Positions 12,360-24,878 of a DNA stretch of 64,000 nt are shown piece by piece. The stretch comes from Adineta vaga (Eukaryota; Animalia; Rotifera): positions 806,001 to 870,000 of the forward strand of contig CP075493.1 of NCBI GenBank assembly GCA_021613535.1, given 5' to 3'. Position 1 is the stretch's first letter. Each line of letters begins with the position of its first letter. The position numbers and the translations under genes are program-made. The notes under the pieces were generated by a model. The model did not search any database. It saw only the letters and a program-made list of their open reading frames with translations, and was not told the origin of the DNA.

Positions 12360-14035
12360 TGCCCTTGAGATAGAACACAACCTTTTCTAACAACTCTCTT
12401 GGTAATTTTGTATTTACTGGTGTTATTGTTTACTTTCAAAGCGGCTTTCTGGTCCTAATAAAGATTTCGTATTAATCGTAGATCTTTGCCATAAATGTCG
12501 CGTTTTTCTAAAATTTGGAATAGATTGTCATGTTTGACTTCTATGGATCTTTAGATTATCATTCGAAGAATGAAAATTGCATTTCTAGTGCCTTTATCAG
12601 GCATGAATCCATATTGTTCTTTGGCTATTTCTGATCTGATATTGTTTTTCATACGCATCATTAGAATCTTGAGTAGCCTTTTGGTTACATGACTCATGAG
12701 ACTGATTGTGCGATGAAGTTCACATTCAGTGGCTCCAGACTTCTTCGGAAGAGCTATGAATATAGATTTCGCTAGATCTTCTGGGATTTCACCTGTGTCA
12801 TATATTATGTTTATTAGTTTTGTTATGACATCAACACGTAGTTCATCGAGACAATGAATCATTTCGATGGGTATTCCATCAGGACATGTTGCTTTGTTTG
12901 CTTTCATTGAGTTTATAGCTTGTCTTACTTCGTCTTTTATTATTTATGGTCCTTCCATATTTTTCTTTAAACTAGATTTAGAAGCTCTATTATCATCGAA
13001 GAGTTCTTCTATGTCTTCTGACCATCTGTTCAGTATATCACGTTTTTTCATAAGAATGGTTCCGTTTCTTGACTTGATACAACCTGAACTGATCCATCTT
13101 GAATTTCCTGCGATTTCATTGATTTTTTTATGAGCAAAGTTGGTGTTCACACTCAACTTGTTTTCAATCTCTGAACATTGTTCATTCAGCCATTTCTTTC
13201 TGATTTCTTTGTCTATCAACTTGTACTCGTGTTTTGTTTATTTGCGTTTTAGGAATTATTATTTCAGCAGATGCTAAGATGGAGGATTTCATCTGTTCCC
13301 ACTATACTTCAATCTTTGCCAATTTCAGCCAGCACTTCAAAACGATTCTGTACTTTGGATACGGAATTTTCCCTTCAATTCTGCATCAGTTTTGAGAATG
13401 TGAAGTTGAAACTTTGGATTTCTCTGTGGCTGCTTTAATCTTTTTAATTTGACTCGAATTTCACTGATAACTGGAACATGATCACTATCACAGTCCGCTC
13501 CAGGAAATGCTCTAGAGAAGACGATTGAGTCCTTGAATCGATGAGGGACCATAATATAATCTATTTGATTTCTAACCAGATCTCCAGGGCTTTACCATGT
13601 CCATCGTGTACGTGGGTGATTTTCGAACCATGTATTTGTAACAACGAGATTATGTGATTGACACCAAGTTATCAGATTAGCTCCTCCATCATTTTTGTTT
13701 CCTAGACCAAAAAGATCTTACTGTATTGCCAATTCTTTTATCTCCCACTTTTGCATTGAAGTCGCCCATTAAATAGACGACGTCATCTAAGTTGCATTGT
13801 TTGTAGACTCTGTCTAGATATTCATACAAATTCGTGATTGTATCATCATCATAGCCAGCTGTCGGCGCGCAACATTTAATCAATGAGATGTTAAAAGGTT
13901 AGCCGTAGAGTTTTACAAGAAGAACTCTGTCTGAAACCGCCGAAAAGCCTTTCAAACTCTTGGAGCTTTTCTTTGTCAAAACGTGTGCCTACTTCTCTCG
14001 CATGTTGATCTCCTCCAAAGTGAAATACAGTAAAG
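12360..14035 (-). mobile_element. Decayed RTE-clade non-LTR retrotransposon fragment (AP endonuclease + N-terminal RT)
   Basis: Fragments include MGDFNAKVG, GADCDSDH, KATCPDGIPIE, IALPKK..ATECELHRTISLMSH, QYGFMPDKGTRNAIF and a KGCVLS remnant, with many stops and frameshifts. Confidence 0.88.
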
Positions 14036-14153
14036 TTACATGTTGTGAAAGATCCAGTACGCAGCCATCTGACTTCCGATAGGACTAACGCATTTACTTA
14101 CGACCTCTGCATTTTTCTTTATGCTAAAGTTGATAGTTGAGAAAATCAACGAA

Positions 14154-14247
14154 AAGTTAAAACAGTTATAACTCAAGTTAAAACAGTTATAACTCAAGTT
14201 AAAACAGTTATAACTCAAGTTAAAACAGTTATAACTCAAGTTAAAAC
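14154..14247. repeat. Perfect 21-bp tandem repeat AAGTTAAAACAGTTATAACTC, about 4.5 copies
   Basis: Four identical units (14154-14237) followed by a partial unit. Confidence 0.95.
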
Positions 14248-14419
14248 TATTTAAAAAAGTATTCATTTATTCATATTATAACTATTTCAATTGTTAAAAT
14301 ACCATGTCTATATTCCTGTGTGTTTGAATCCTAAATGATACATCAGAAATTCTAATCAGAAATTAACAAATTTTATTTCATTTCTTTACATTACATACAG
14401 AACATCACAAAAGCAAAAC

Positions 14420-15350
14420 TCATGTTCTTTGTGTGGCTGCAGGTAGAATTCGATTTGTCTTTCTTTTTCTCATTCTTTTCATCAATGCTGATCTTATTGA
14501 ATCTGTATATGCAAATAGCATCATCATCAAAATTGTTAAACAAAAGATAATAAAACTAAAACCAATACGATGATAATATTTTGGTGGAGTAGTAAAAAAT
14601 GAAGTTAAGATTAAAACTGTAGTTGGAAAACCACATACTACCAGAATACAGACGAGTACTACTATACGTCGAACTATTTCTAAATCACGTTGTGCACGTA
14701 ATAATACATTTGCTGGTATTATTCGATCATTCATTTGTTTGACATATCGAATTATTTGGAAATAAGTTATCATTAGTAATGAAAATGGAAATAAATAAGC
14801 GGAAAATACCATGTATATTATTGAAAATGACAATCGATATGGAATTATACATACTTCATTGTCAATACTCAATACAACATCATTACGAAGATAATATACT
14901 AACGGAAATAGAAAACCTAAAATCCATGTAAATGATATGAGATTCAATTGACATTTCCACGATTGATAAAATATACAAGATGGATAAACAATACACAAAT
15001 ATCGATGAAATGCTTGTAAGAAAAAAGCAAAATTGATTACAGAACATTGAGCATATACAATATACATAAGAATAAAAGCAGGATGAATGTGGAAAAGAGT
15101 TAAATTTATAATCATATCCAATTCCGATGAATTCGTTTCCTAATGAAACAATCGCAAGTAGAGATATCGATAAACATAAGTTCACCACATGCATCATTGA
15201 TACTGTATGACATGTCTTATCTTTAATAATAATAAATAAATACATACATGATAAAGTTATTGTTATTATAAGTAGAAATATTAAAACAATATGTAATGGA
15301 ATACTCCATGATTGAACAATGATTTCGAAAGTATTTGAAATATTTGACAT
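14420..15350 (-). pseudogene. GPCR copy 3 (KDKTCHT subfamily) with a 1-bp frameshift
   Basis: Likely start ATG at 15350 (MSNISNTF). An extra A in a homopolymer near 15085 (aataaaagcagg versus aataaagcagg) splits ORFs 14883-15389 and 14420-15121. Confidence 0.8.
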
Positions 15351-15376
15351 TTGCCTAGAATACATCTGGAAATATA

Positions 15377-16258
15377 ATGGATAGCTCATAAAGAATGATG
15401 GTCTTCAGTATTTTGACTTTTAGACTTGATTGTTTTATCATAAGATGCGCTCAGAAATTCTCTGGAAAACCTTAATAAAATCTATGTGAATAGCAAGTTG
15501 AGGGAGAAACTACAATGAAGAATACATAGTCGCTAGAAAGTACCAACTTTCAAAGTTGAAAACAGTTTTCTTTTGATATAATCATTACGTTAAATAAAGT
15601 ACAAGCACAAAGAGATATGAATTTTGTAGTTCTATCAACTAATGTTATAGTCAAGCTAATAGTATTTCAATGGTCGACACTAAAGTAAATGTTGTTAAGT
15701 TTAGATTTCTATAGATATCAGAGATTTGAATCTGAATTTCTTAACCTTTCAAAAACGTCATAGCTCATAGAGTAACATCGAACTAAAACTAGTTTTCCTT
15801 CAATTTTCGTATTTCACTAAGAAATGAGTCTTTATTGGATCCACCGACGATTTTTGTAAAAAAAAAACTCCTCTTGTAAACCCATTCCGCTGGTAGAAAA
15901 TAATTATTCTTAGGCACTTGCATTAAATTTAGAATGTCACCTTTTCCTAATGGCCACTCCCATGTTTCAATATATTCAAAGGTATATGATGGAGAAGAGA
16001 GCAATTTGAACTATCAAAAATTGTCTTTAAAATTATTTGAATAATATAAACTATGTAGATCAGAATGGCTTTGAAAGTTGGAGCTTTCTAGCTACTAAAT
16101 ATTATTCGTCTTAGTTTCTCCTTTAACTTGCTATTCGTATAGGTTTTCTTAAAGTTTTGTAGAGAATTTCTAAGCGCATCGTATGGTTAAAAAAAAATCA
16201 ACTTTAAACAAGTACTAGTCAAAATACTATATAACATCATTCTTTATGCGCCACCCGT
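15377..16258. mobile_element. Tc1/mariner-type MITE with ~180-bp degenerate TIRs
   Basis: Left end TA|ATGGATAGCTCATAAAGAATGATG..AGTATTTTGACT pairs with right end AGTCAAAATACT..CATCATTCTTTATGCGCCACCCGT|TA. The inverted match extends to CCAACTTTCAAAG / CTTTGAAAGTTGG. Confidence 0.8.
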
Positions 16259-18488
16259 TAAACGTACATTATAATTATCATTAGACTTTCTACATATAGT
16301 CTTGATATAAAATAATCGAAGAGGAAATGACATAGAGAATTCTAAAAAAAGATGTAACGTAGATTTTATGTTAACATTCTCTGAGATCAAATGCTGATAC
16401 TAAAATTTTGAGTATGATAAATTTAATTTGAATCAATTTATTAGGAAAGTTATAATCAAGCTTATTTGGGGAAACATATTACTGCTGATGGTTAATAATG
16501 TGGGTAGAAGACAAAGAAGATATTCATAGGATCGGAGGTCTAATAAATGTAAATATATCCTCGAGAAATATTAACACTGGTAGTTTGAAATATGGGTAAA
16601 CATGGGTATACCAATAAAATTTGAGTCAATGGGAGCATAGTACTCGGCTGGTATTCATAATCTTACACAGATCCGCGCGTATACATACATTCGTTCTTAG
16701 TCAAACCTATAGCTTTTCATAGAAATCACGATCCAAGTTGGAGACATGAGTTTTTCGTTAGTAATCGGAAACCATGAGTACATTGTAATTGAGAATATTT
16801 CTATAACAGTTCGATTGAGAATCTCGTCGTCATCATTTATGTACACTCTTTTCAAGAAAGGAAAGGAAGAAAGAGAGAGATATGAGAAAGTGTAATGAAA
16901 ATCATGCTTCAATCTTTCTTTGAGAGCACTTTCCAGAAAATAAGGAGATGTTTTCTTCCGCCATAGTCAAAATTAATCATAGAAATTTTTTACTGTGAAA
17001 TGAATATTAAAATAACAAACAAGAGAAAATCTTTCAAAAATGATTTAGAATGTTCAATACATTTTGTCTTTTTAGAAGACTTTCGACATTGTTACTTATC
17101 TATACTTTGCAAGTTATTAAAGTGTCATTGACACACTTCAAGATGAATAAAAAGTGGTCTAATAAGATGTGATATTGAATTTGAAAGAATCAAAAATTGA
17201 ATAATCGTTTTTACCAAGTATACTTCCGTAAAAGTTCAGTATCTTCTAAAGATATCATACAGTTCGAAATAAATATAGACATATAGTTACTTTAAAACAG
17301 TTGGATGAATGTTACAATAGTTATGAACACGATTTTATTATCGATCTTGATTCGAACTATGACGTTCTGTTGAAACTATATTCAAAGCACTTTTTCTTCT
17401 ATATAAAAACAAAGTTTTATTCAATGAGATTACTTAACAAACAATATATCACTAGTGACGTATCCAAGGCGAGGACGAATGGGCAATTACTCAATTCATA
17501 TTAAGATTTCACTATTGTAATTTATAACTCTTTGAAAATTTTCTATCTATTTTTGTCGACATGAACGGCAAGTTCATTTTTCCAACGTTTTCCCTCCGTG
17601 AAGAACACAGAACAACAAAAAATATATAACACTGTGTGATGAATTATGAGAGTCTGTCTGTATCATCTAAATATTCACAATCGTGCTTTTTATTCATTAA
17701 ATAAAGTCATGGCCGTATTAAAAGATCCGAGTCTTCTATTGTGTTCTCTAAAAATTCATATTTTTGTATACGATCTTTAATTTAACCTTAAGACACACAT
17801 AGGAGGCACGACCGAGCATCATAAAGGACTGTTCGATTGAGTTTTCGATTTCTTGTGGCACACTATTTTAGGTACCAAACCTAATTTTTAGCCGGATCAG
17901 ATGTTTTCCAGTCGAGATGCTCAGATTCTAAAAACGATTTTCCACCAAGCAGCTGTTCAGTAGGTAGACAGGAAAATTGTTGACTATTTGCACATACGTC
18001 GACAGATCAAAGATTAAGATCCGCTTAGAATCTCTGATTTTTCCGCAGTACTCGTATGCTTTCTTAGTAATATCTAGAACATCTGAGACTCGAACCTATT
18101 CAATTAAAGATCCCAAACTTCTTTTGTTGCTTTTCGATAGCCTTCAAGGAACGGTCTTCATAGAAAAAGTTTCAGCGAATTCATCTAAGTTGATCTGCGT
18201 AAAACTTATTTTCAAAATCTATACGGTGAAATGATGGCAATTTACTTTTGATCAGGATCGGTCGTTGCTCTTGTGCAGTGTCTCATATACAGAAGAATAA
18301 AAGAACTGACTATCGTATATGAAAAATCAAAGGAAGTCTTTTAATATGTTCCATATGGCTTTACAACTTATATAGGAGTAGTCTCATAGGTAAAAATACA
18401 AAGCTATATATTCACCATTATACACAATTGAAAGAGAACGAAAACGAAATATTAATTTATTTTCTAAAAAACATAGTTAAAAATTCTA

Positions 18489-19550
18489 TTATAAAGCAGT
18501 TAATATCGTATGAAAGATTTGTTCAGGTGAATATCCAACTCGATAGAAATATAAATCTTCACTTCTTGAATCAATTTCTTTTGTAATTGATTTCCAATAA
18601 TCACTTTCATAATAAAAATATTGTGATAAATTAAATAATATCAATAAAATAGTTGGTAAAAGTTTTATTCCAATTTGAATTCCAATTCGACGACGACGAT
18701 GATATTGATTTAATAAAAGTTCATATGAAAGCATTTGAATGCGCGGAAAAAATGTAAAATATTTAATAAAAATAATAATTACTGTTAAAATATAAATATA
18801 AATAATTAAAACAAATAAATAAATAAAAATCATTGGAATAATATTTGTAATAAAATATGGAAGAATTAAACTTCCAATAAAAAGAAATGTTACACTTGAA
18901 CTTATTAAACTAAGATAAAATATTATACGTGAAGAAAATCTTCTCCATGATTGTTTTCGTCGATTTCTTCGTTTTAATTCATCATAATTTTGATAGAATA
19001 AAATTAATTTTGAAAGAAAAGTCAAAGTAAATTCAGCATATCCACTGAAAATATAATTATATAAACGATATCCAAATAGATTATAACAATCCCAAACATG
19101 AGCATTCGAAGCTGATAAACATGATGCTTGAGCATAACAATACCAAATTGTATGTGCAATTAATGGTAAAGCAGAAAAACAAATATCAAATATATCAAAT
19201 GTTGGAATTTTACGCATTTTCTTTGTTTTTATTGTCATATTCTTCCATTCTTGAAATATATAAACAGTTGGAAATGAATTTACCAAAGAACGAGTTTTTT
19301 CAGATACTTTTGGTTTAGAATAACGATGAGAATATTTATCTCGTTCAAAAGAAATCAATTCAATGGGTAATGACCATGTTTTATAAATAAATCGATTCCA
19401 AATTCGTTGACAAGATTCAGAAAATACAAATTGAAGAGCTAATACAAAATATGGTTGAATACTAACATTATCATTTCGAAAAGTATTTAATAATGGATTG
19501 GCATTTGTATATAATTTTGACATAAATTCTTCGGCATTGAATTTATTCAT
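18489..19550 (-). CDS. Multi-pass membrane protein of unknown function (353 aa)
   Basis: Long ATG-initiated ORF with several hydrophobic helices separated by Arg-rich loops. No family recognised. Confidence 0.65.
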   Translation of the reverse strand: MNKFNAEEFMSKLYTNANPLLNTFRNDNVSIQPYFVLALQFVFSESCQRIWNRFIYKTWSLPIELISFERDKYSHRYSKPKVSEKTRSLVNSFPTVYIFQEWKNMTIKTKKMRKIPTFDIFDICFSALPLIAHTIWYCYAQASCLSASNAHVWDCYNLFGYRLYNYIFSGYAEFTLTFLSKLILFYQNYDELKRRNRRKQSWRRFSSRIIFYLSLISSSVTFLFIGSLILPYFITNIIPMIFIYLFVLIIYIYILTVIIIFIKYFTFFPRIQMLSYELLLNQYHRRRRIGIQIGIKLLPTILLILFNLSQYFYYESDYWKSITKEIDSRSEDLYFYRVGYSPEQIFHTILTAL

Positions 19551-20578
19551 TATTGATTATGTGTAGAAAAGTAAATTATGTACATTTTATATCTTTAGAA
19601 GTTTTTTTTTATGAGTATAATTAACCTTCAGATATGATAATAAAAAGATATTATCTCATTTAATTCATAATAGTGAAAGAAATCAGTTTTTTTTGTTTTG
19701 TTCTTTCAAAGTTAATGAATTGTAAAGAACATATGTACCTATTTATAGAGATCAAATATTATGATATATGTATTTCTAAAGAATGTTTTTTCAATTATTG
19801 CAGCTGTAGGAAGAAAACTGAAATGAAATTATTTATTAATAAACAAGAATTTAGTTACATGAAGAACATCAAAACACTAAATCGGTTCGTTTTCTTAAAA
19901 TATCATCGGTCTATTTCGTCTTGAAATTCCTTACTTTTTTTTTATCCATATGACTGAGTAGTGCGGATGTAGAGAGGACGATTCCTTCACCCACACCCTA
20001 CTAAACTTAGAAATATTCATCAATGTGTTAGTAATATCGATGCTTTGGATAAAATAATAACAAATTTAAGCTTTCTCTATCAGCAGATTTATGAATATTC
20101 TGTTTTCACAAATTTCATTATAGTTAATTGGCGAAGATTTATTGGTGAAATTTCTTTTTACTTTTTAGTAAAATAAAATATTAAGTTTTTTCTTCATAAA
20201 TTCATTTTGATCAAAACAAATTTTTACAATGTGTCCTGAAAGCCTTTTTCAAATATCTTTTGGATACTATCACATTTTATTTGCTCATTATCAGAGTTGT
20301 AGTTTTAACGTTTTCTTCCCGTAAAATTTTTCTAGAATATCAATGACACTGAAGTTACGTGCTAGCCAAGTAAAGATACTTACATTCTCATCCTGTTTCG
20401 GACTCATCAATCTTGTCTCCACCTTTCCCAGAATTCATGGAGGTACTATGGAAAGGTTGGTGATGTTAAAATCGTACAGAAATTCAATATATAATCAAAA
20501 GATAGATAGAAAAGAATTCTTCTTTGTAAATTGGATTTTAATATATTGCAAATTAAAAAGTTGTTAGAAAAGTTAGAA

Positions 20579-21917
20579 TTAACAATACAATGGAAGTATC
20601 TTTGATAAAGTATCGACATAATAAGTACCATTTCCAAGGGTAGGAATAAGACAAGCACCATTTTCACTATTTTCATTCCATGCATAGACAAGTATTGTTT
20701 GTGCCTCAACTGTCTCATTGTATTGACAAGTAAAATTGATTGCCGTCTGAAAGAATCGCTGTAATTCTTCGCCAGTAGGCTGAAAATAATGCTCTGGTCC
20801 TTCAATAAGCCATGGTACAGGATTTTCATAGCGTGGTCGAGCATCCCAACCAGTAGGAACGATTGGCACAAGTTTTGCTTTGATATCTTTAGCAGATTGC
20901 CACCATCTATTTATATAACACTTTATTAGAATATAGTTTAACAAGATGTACACGACTTACTGTTGAGCCACATGAACTAGATCCATAAATGGTGAACCCT
21001 AAAATTAATATAATGCATTAATGGAGACTTTTACCGATCAATATACTTACTTCAGTGGTACCACCAGGTAAGGCATACATTGAGATTGCATCAAATCCAA
21101 GAAGATTGGCATGAGCTTGCACAGTTGGAACCTCGAAATCCATCAGAACCATGTATGGATTTTTCAGTCCTAGTTAGTATTTAAAAAAAAAGGTAATTCG
21201 GCAATATTTATTATCAATCGAAAAATCCAAACATGTCCCACCTCGATTAATAGCCATCTGTCGAAATCTATTGAAGACATCTCGACTTCCAGACCATCCG
21301 CCACCACAAAGCTTGGCTTCTACCTCGGTGAATTGAAATAAATACAAAAGTGGACGTCCTCCAAACACAGTTTGAAATTGAGGAAGTACCATAAGTTCAA
21401 GATAACTGGCTTGAAAATTAAGATCACAAGGAGAAGAACCTAACAAGAGAAGTGTAAAATTTATCAACGAATTATATTGACTGGAAAGATATTGATGCAA
21501 GCCATAGGCAGGATTTCGTGGACAATAATGCGGTGCAATCTGTAAATATTCTGCACAAAATGTAGTATTGGTCGTACAGTTCGGTCCATATGCACAGTAT
21601 GTATCGAAAGCCCAATAGTCGATACCTGCATGTTTTGCATAAAGTATCTCTTGATCCATTACACTCTGCATATCTTCATTATACGAAGTGTTGGTAGGTG
21701 AAAGAACTGTTGCAAAAAATGGTAGTCGATAATGAAATTTTTCGGGACTGAGACATCGATGAGAATAGAAGGAGATGGGATCGTATTGACCATCGAACAA
21801 ATTCCACGCATCCCATCGAATAACTCCTACCGATGGGTGAGTTTTTTGATTCGCTGAAGACGTCGCAAAAATCAATATAAGTAGTATTAAACAGAAGAAT
21901 TGAAAGAATCTTGCCAT
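20579..21917 (-). CDS. Secreted GH99-like/WbsX-like glycoside hydrolase, 4 exons, ~386 aa, candidate horizontal acquisition
   Basis: Exons 21917-21242, 21169-21051, 20998-20961 and 20906-20579 join in frame (1161 nt). Signal peptide MARFFQFFCLILLILIFA. Motifs VGVIRWDAW, AKHAGIDYWAF, GRPLLYLF, GFDAISMY, PTGWDARPR and YAWNENSENG. Confidence 0.8.
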
Positions 21918-23559
21918 CGAAATTGTAACTGTCGCTGTTGTATGTGTTGAGAGAAAGTAGATACGATGCACTATCGTTCTTATCTTTCTTAGCAAAGTGT
22001 GTTTTAGATTCCCTCTCAGTATGTAACGTTTTATCAACTAAACATATAAACTCTGAATTTATAGATAACACTTGAGAATATAGACAAGAAAAATATCTCA
22101 ATATCATAGATCGTATATATTGAAAAGAGAATTGCAAAAGTATATCTTCTATTTCGTTTCTTTTTTAATACAAACATTCGATTTCTAGAAATTCTTCTGC
22201 ATGGAGTTTTATCATCATTATATAATATTCTTCAAAATATTATTTTGATTATGTAGAAATGTATATTTTATTTAATGATTTTCTATCCTTAGAAGTTCTT
22301 TGACGAGTATGATAAATCTTTAGACACTAAATGATTACATTCAACGTTATAATAACAACAATGATAAATATCTTCTTCTATTAGTCCAACTGTAGTAAGA
22401 AAAATAAAATGAAATCTTTACGAATAATACATGAACAATTTAGGATTTCATAGTGCATTAATAAAAGAGACCGAACATACAAATATTAAATCAACTGTTC
22501 GTTCAAATCCAGTTTTTTCATGAACAATTTCCATTGAATTCACAATATTATTAAACAACATTGAAAAGATTATCACGTCTCCGAATTTCTCGCTTTGGAT
22601 GTTTCGATTCGATTCGATTGAGTTACGACACTTTACATAAACTATATTCTAGAACGAGAAATTTTCGAATTTTTCATTACGAATGAGTTATTTGCTTATG
22701 TAGAGTTGTGATTATAATACATATAAATCGTAGAAATCTAATGTTATGATGAAAAGTGTTAAGGATGAGAACGTGAGTAAGACTAAGGCGTTGTCATACA
22801 TACTTACATTTGCACCTGTTTTTTTCAATGTGATTAACTTGGATAAAAAACAAACTTGAAGGGCTTTTATCGCGCTTTTAAGTCTTTCTTTAGCAAAAGA
22901 AGATAAAACCGACAGTCTTAATTTAACGTCAAAAAAAGACATTTTTTTAATTTTTTTAATTTTTTTAAATATCTGAATATGTTGCTGAAACTATGCTTGA
23001 ATTACATCATTATTTAGAAAATAAGGAATATTTTCTAACAAAAAATCAGACAGTTAATAACTCGATTACCCACAATTGATCGAATGTTGATGAAAACATG
23101 TTTTAAGATCAAAGATTTGTAAGTTGATTACTAAATAGAGTCGGAAAAGAATGTTGACTGTAATCCACTCGTAGTTTCATTTAATGATCTGTTTATATTG
23201 TTACTTTGTTAACCCTTTGACAGGATGAGGAAAGAATAACATTTATTTCTCTGAACTTTGTCAAATAACTTAAGCGTAGATTGAACTATAGTTAAAAGTT
23301 CGAATAGAATCAGCTGAAACCCATTTCTATAGAAATTCAGGTCACTTAATTCTGCAGAAAACGTTCTTTAATCTTACATACATCGTTTTCTATTAATATT
23401 ATCATCCTCTCTCATTGCATATACTTCGGGGACATTTTTTAATATAAATATTTTTCTCTTTATACTTAAGAGCAAAATAGAAACAAATAAGAGTAACATT
23501 AAAAAATTTTCTTGTGAAATTGAACGTCATTTAATCACTTTTATTCTTATACGCGCATC

Positions 23560-24516
23560 ATGACATCTTTGAATGAAGCAACAATTTATGAAATAATTAT
23601 GATACATCTGAATAGTGTTGGAAGAGGTATTATTATTGTTCTTGGAACTTTTGGTGGGATTATGAATTTGTACATATTTGCACAACGTACAATGCGTAAA
23701 AATCCATTTTCAATATATTTAATTGCATTTAATATTTCAAATCTTTGTTATATTTGGTTGAGTTTATTTCCATTATTTCTCAATCAAATTTTCAATATTA
23801 ATCCAACAACTTATAATCTTTCTTATTGTCGATTTTATTATTATTTATCATATACATTAAATATAATTTGTCCATCTTTTCTTATTCTTGCATCTATTGA
23901 TCGTGTTTTAATAAGTTCACCAAATGCATTGACACGACAGAAAAGTACACGTCGTTTAGCTTTTATTTCATTAATTCTTGTAACATTTCTATGGTTTATA
24001 TATTATTGTCAGTATTTATTTCGTATTAATATGCACATATTATTTGGTCCAACTCCTTCATGTTATTTTGATCTAGGTGATTATTCATTGTATGTGAATT
24101 ATTCAGCTATTGTCTTAGGTTTAGTTCCACCTATTTTATTGAGTATTTGTGCTCTAAAGACATTTCAAAATTTACATAGAGATCGTTACGTGGAAGGTAA
24201 TGAAAGTCAAAACAGACGAATAACTCAAAATAATCGTCAGTTAATTCGTATGTTATTTGTCGAGATTTTAATTTATGTTGTTTGTACAATAATTCAACCA
24301 ATAGTTTTATCCTATCTATTTACTACTATATATGTTGAAAAGAGTTCTCATCAAAAAAATATTGAGAGTTTTATTTTAAATGTAAGCAATTTCTTAAGTT
24401 ATATGCCGAATTGTACAAGTTTCTATTGCAATATCAGTTGTTCAAAGAAATTTCGTAAGAGATTGGTGACAATTGTTCGTAAAACGAATGTAGTTCACAC
24501 TTTACAAATAAACTAA
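23560..24516 (+). CDS. Rhodopsin-like 7TM GPCR (318 aa)
   Basis: TM1 GTFGGIMN, a TM3 cysteine, ASIDR motif, seven TMs and a helix-8 SKKFR motif. Confidence 0.85.
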   Translation: MTSLNEATIYEIIMIHLNSVGRGIIIVLGTFGGIMNLYIFAQRTMRKNPFSIYLIAFNISNLCYIWLSLFPLFLNQIFNINPTTYNLSYCRFYYYLSYTLNIICPSFLILASIDRVLISSPNALTRQKSTRRLAFISLILVTFLWFIYYCQYLFRINMHILFGPTPSCYFDLGDYSLYVNYSAIVLGLVPPILLSICALKTFQNLHRDRYVEGNESQNRRITQNNRQLIRMLFVEILIYVVCTIIQPIVLSYLFTTIYVEKSSHQKNIESFILNVSNFLSYMPNCTSFYCNISCSKKFRKRLVTIVRKTNVVHTLQIN

Positions 24517-24878
24517 GAAGTTTCAAAGAATACGAAGAAAAGACTCTAAATAAATGTTCGTATGTTTATTATATATGTTGTTTGTGTAATTGTTGATGTA
24601 TTTATTATTTATGAAAAATAAAATGAAATAAAATACAAAGTGATCTGTAAGAGAGACCATCTTGAGAATAAGAGTTATTACGAAGAAAATATACCTGCAC
24701 TCACATCAACACCCTCATGCTTATTCATATCCTACATCTTCAAACTGGTTGTAACTTTCATAGTTAGGCAATAGCAGTATAATACTTAGAAAATTGATCT
24801 CATTATTGAGGTTGTGGATGTAAACATGTTTTCTTCACCAACACTCTGACCCACTTCTACATCAATCTAAACTCACTA

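Noticed and set aside
14154-14247. CRISPR-like array, or coding repeat in ORF 14036-14266 (NLSYNCF)n
   Set aside because: There are no spacers and the context is eukaryotic. The ORF is a by-product of a 21-bp unit.
16500-18300. Possible repeat or TE-derived segment with several short ORFs
   Set aside because: No termini, TSD or protein motif could be established.
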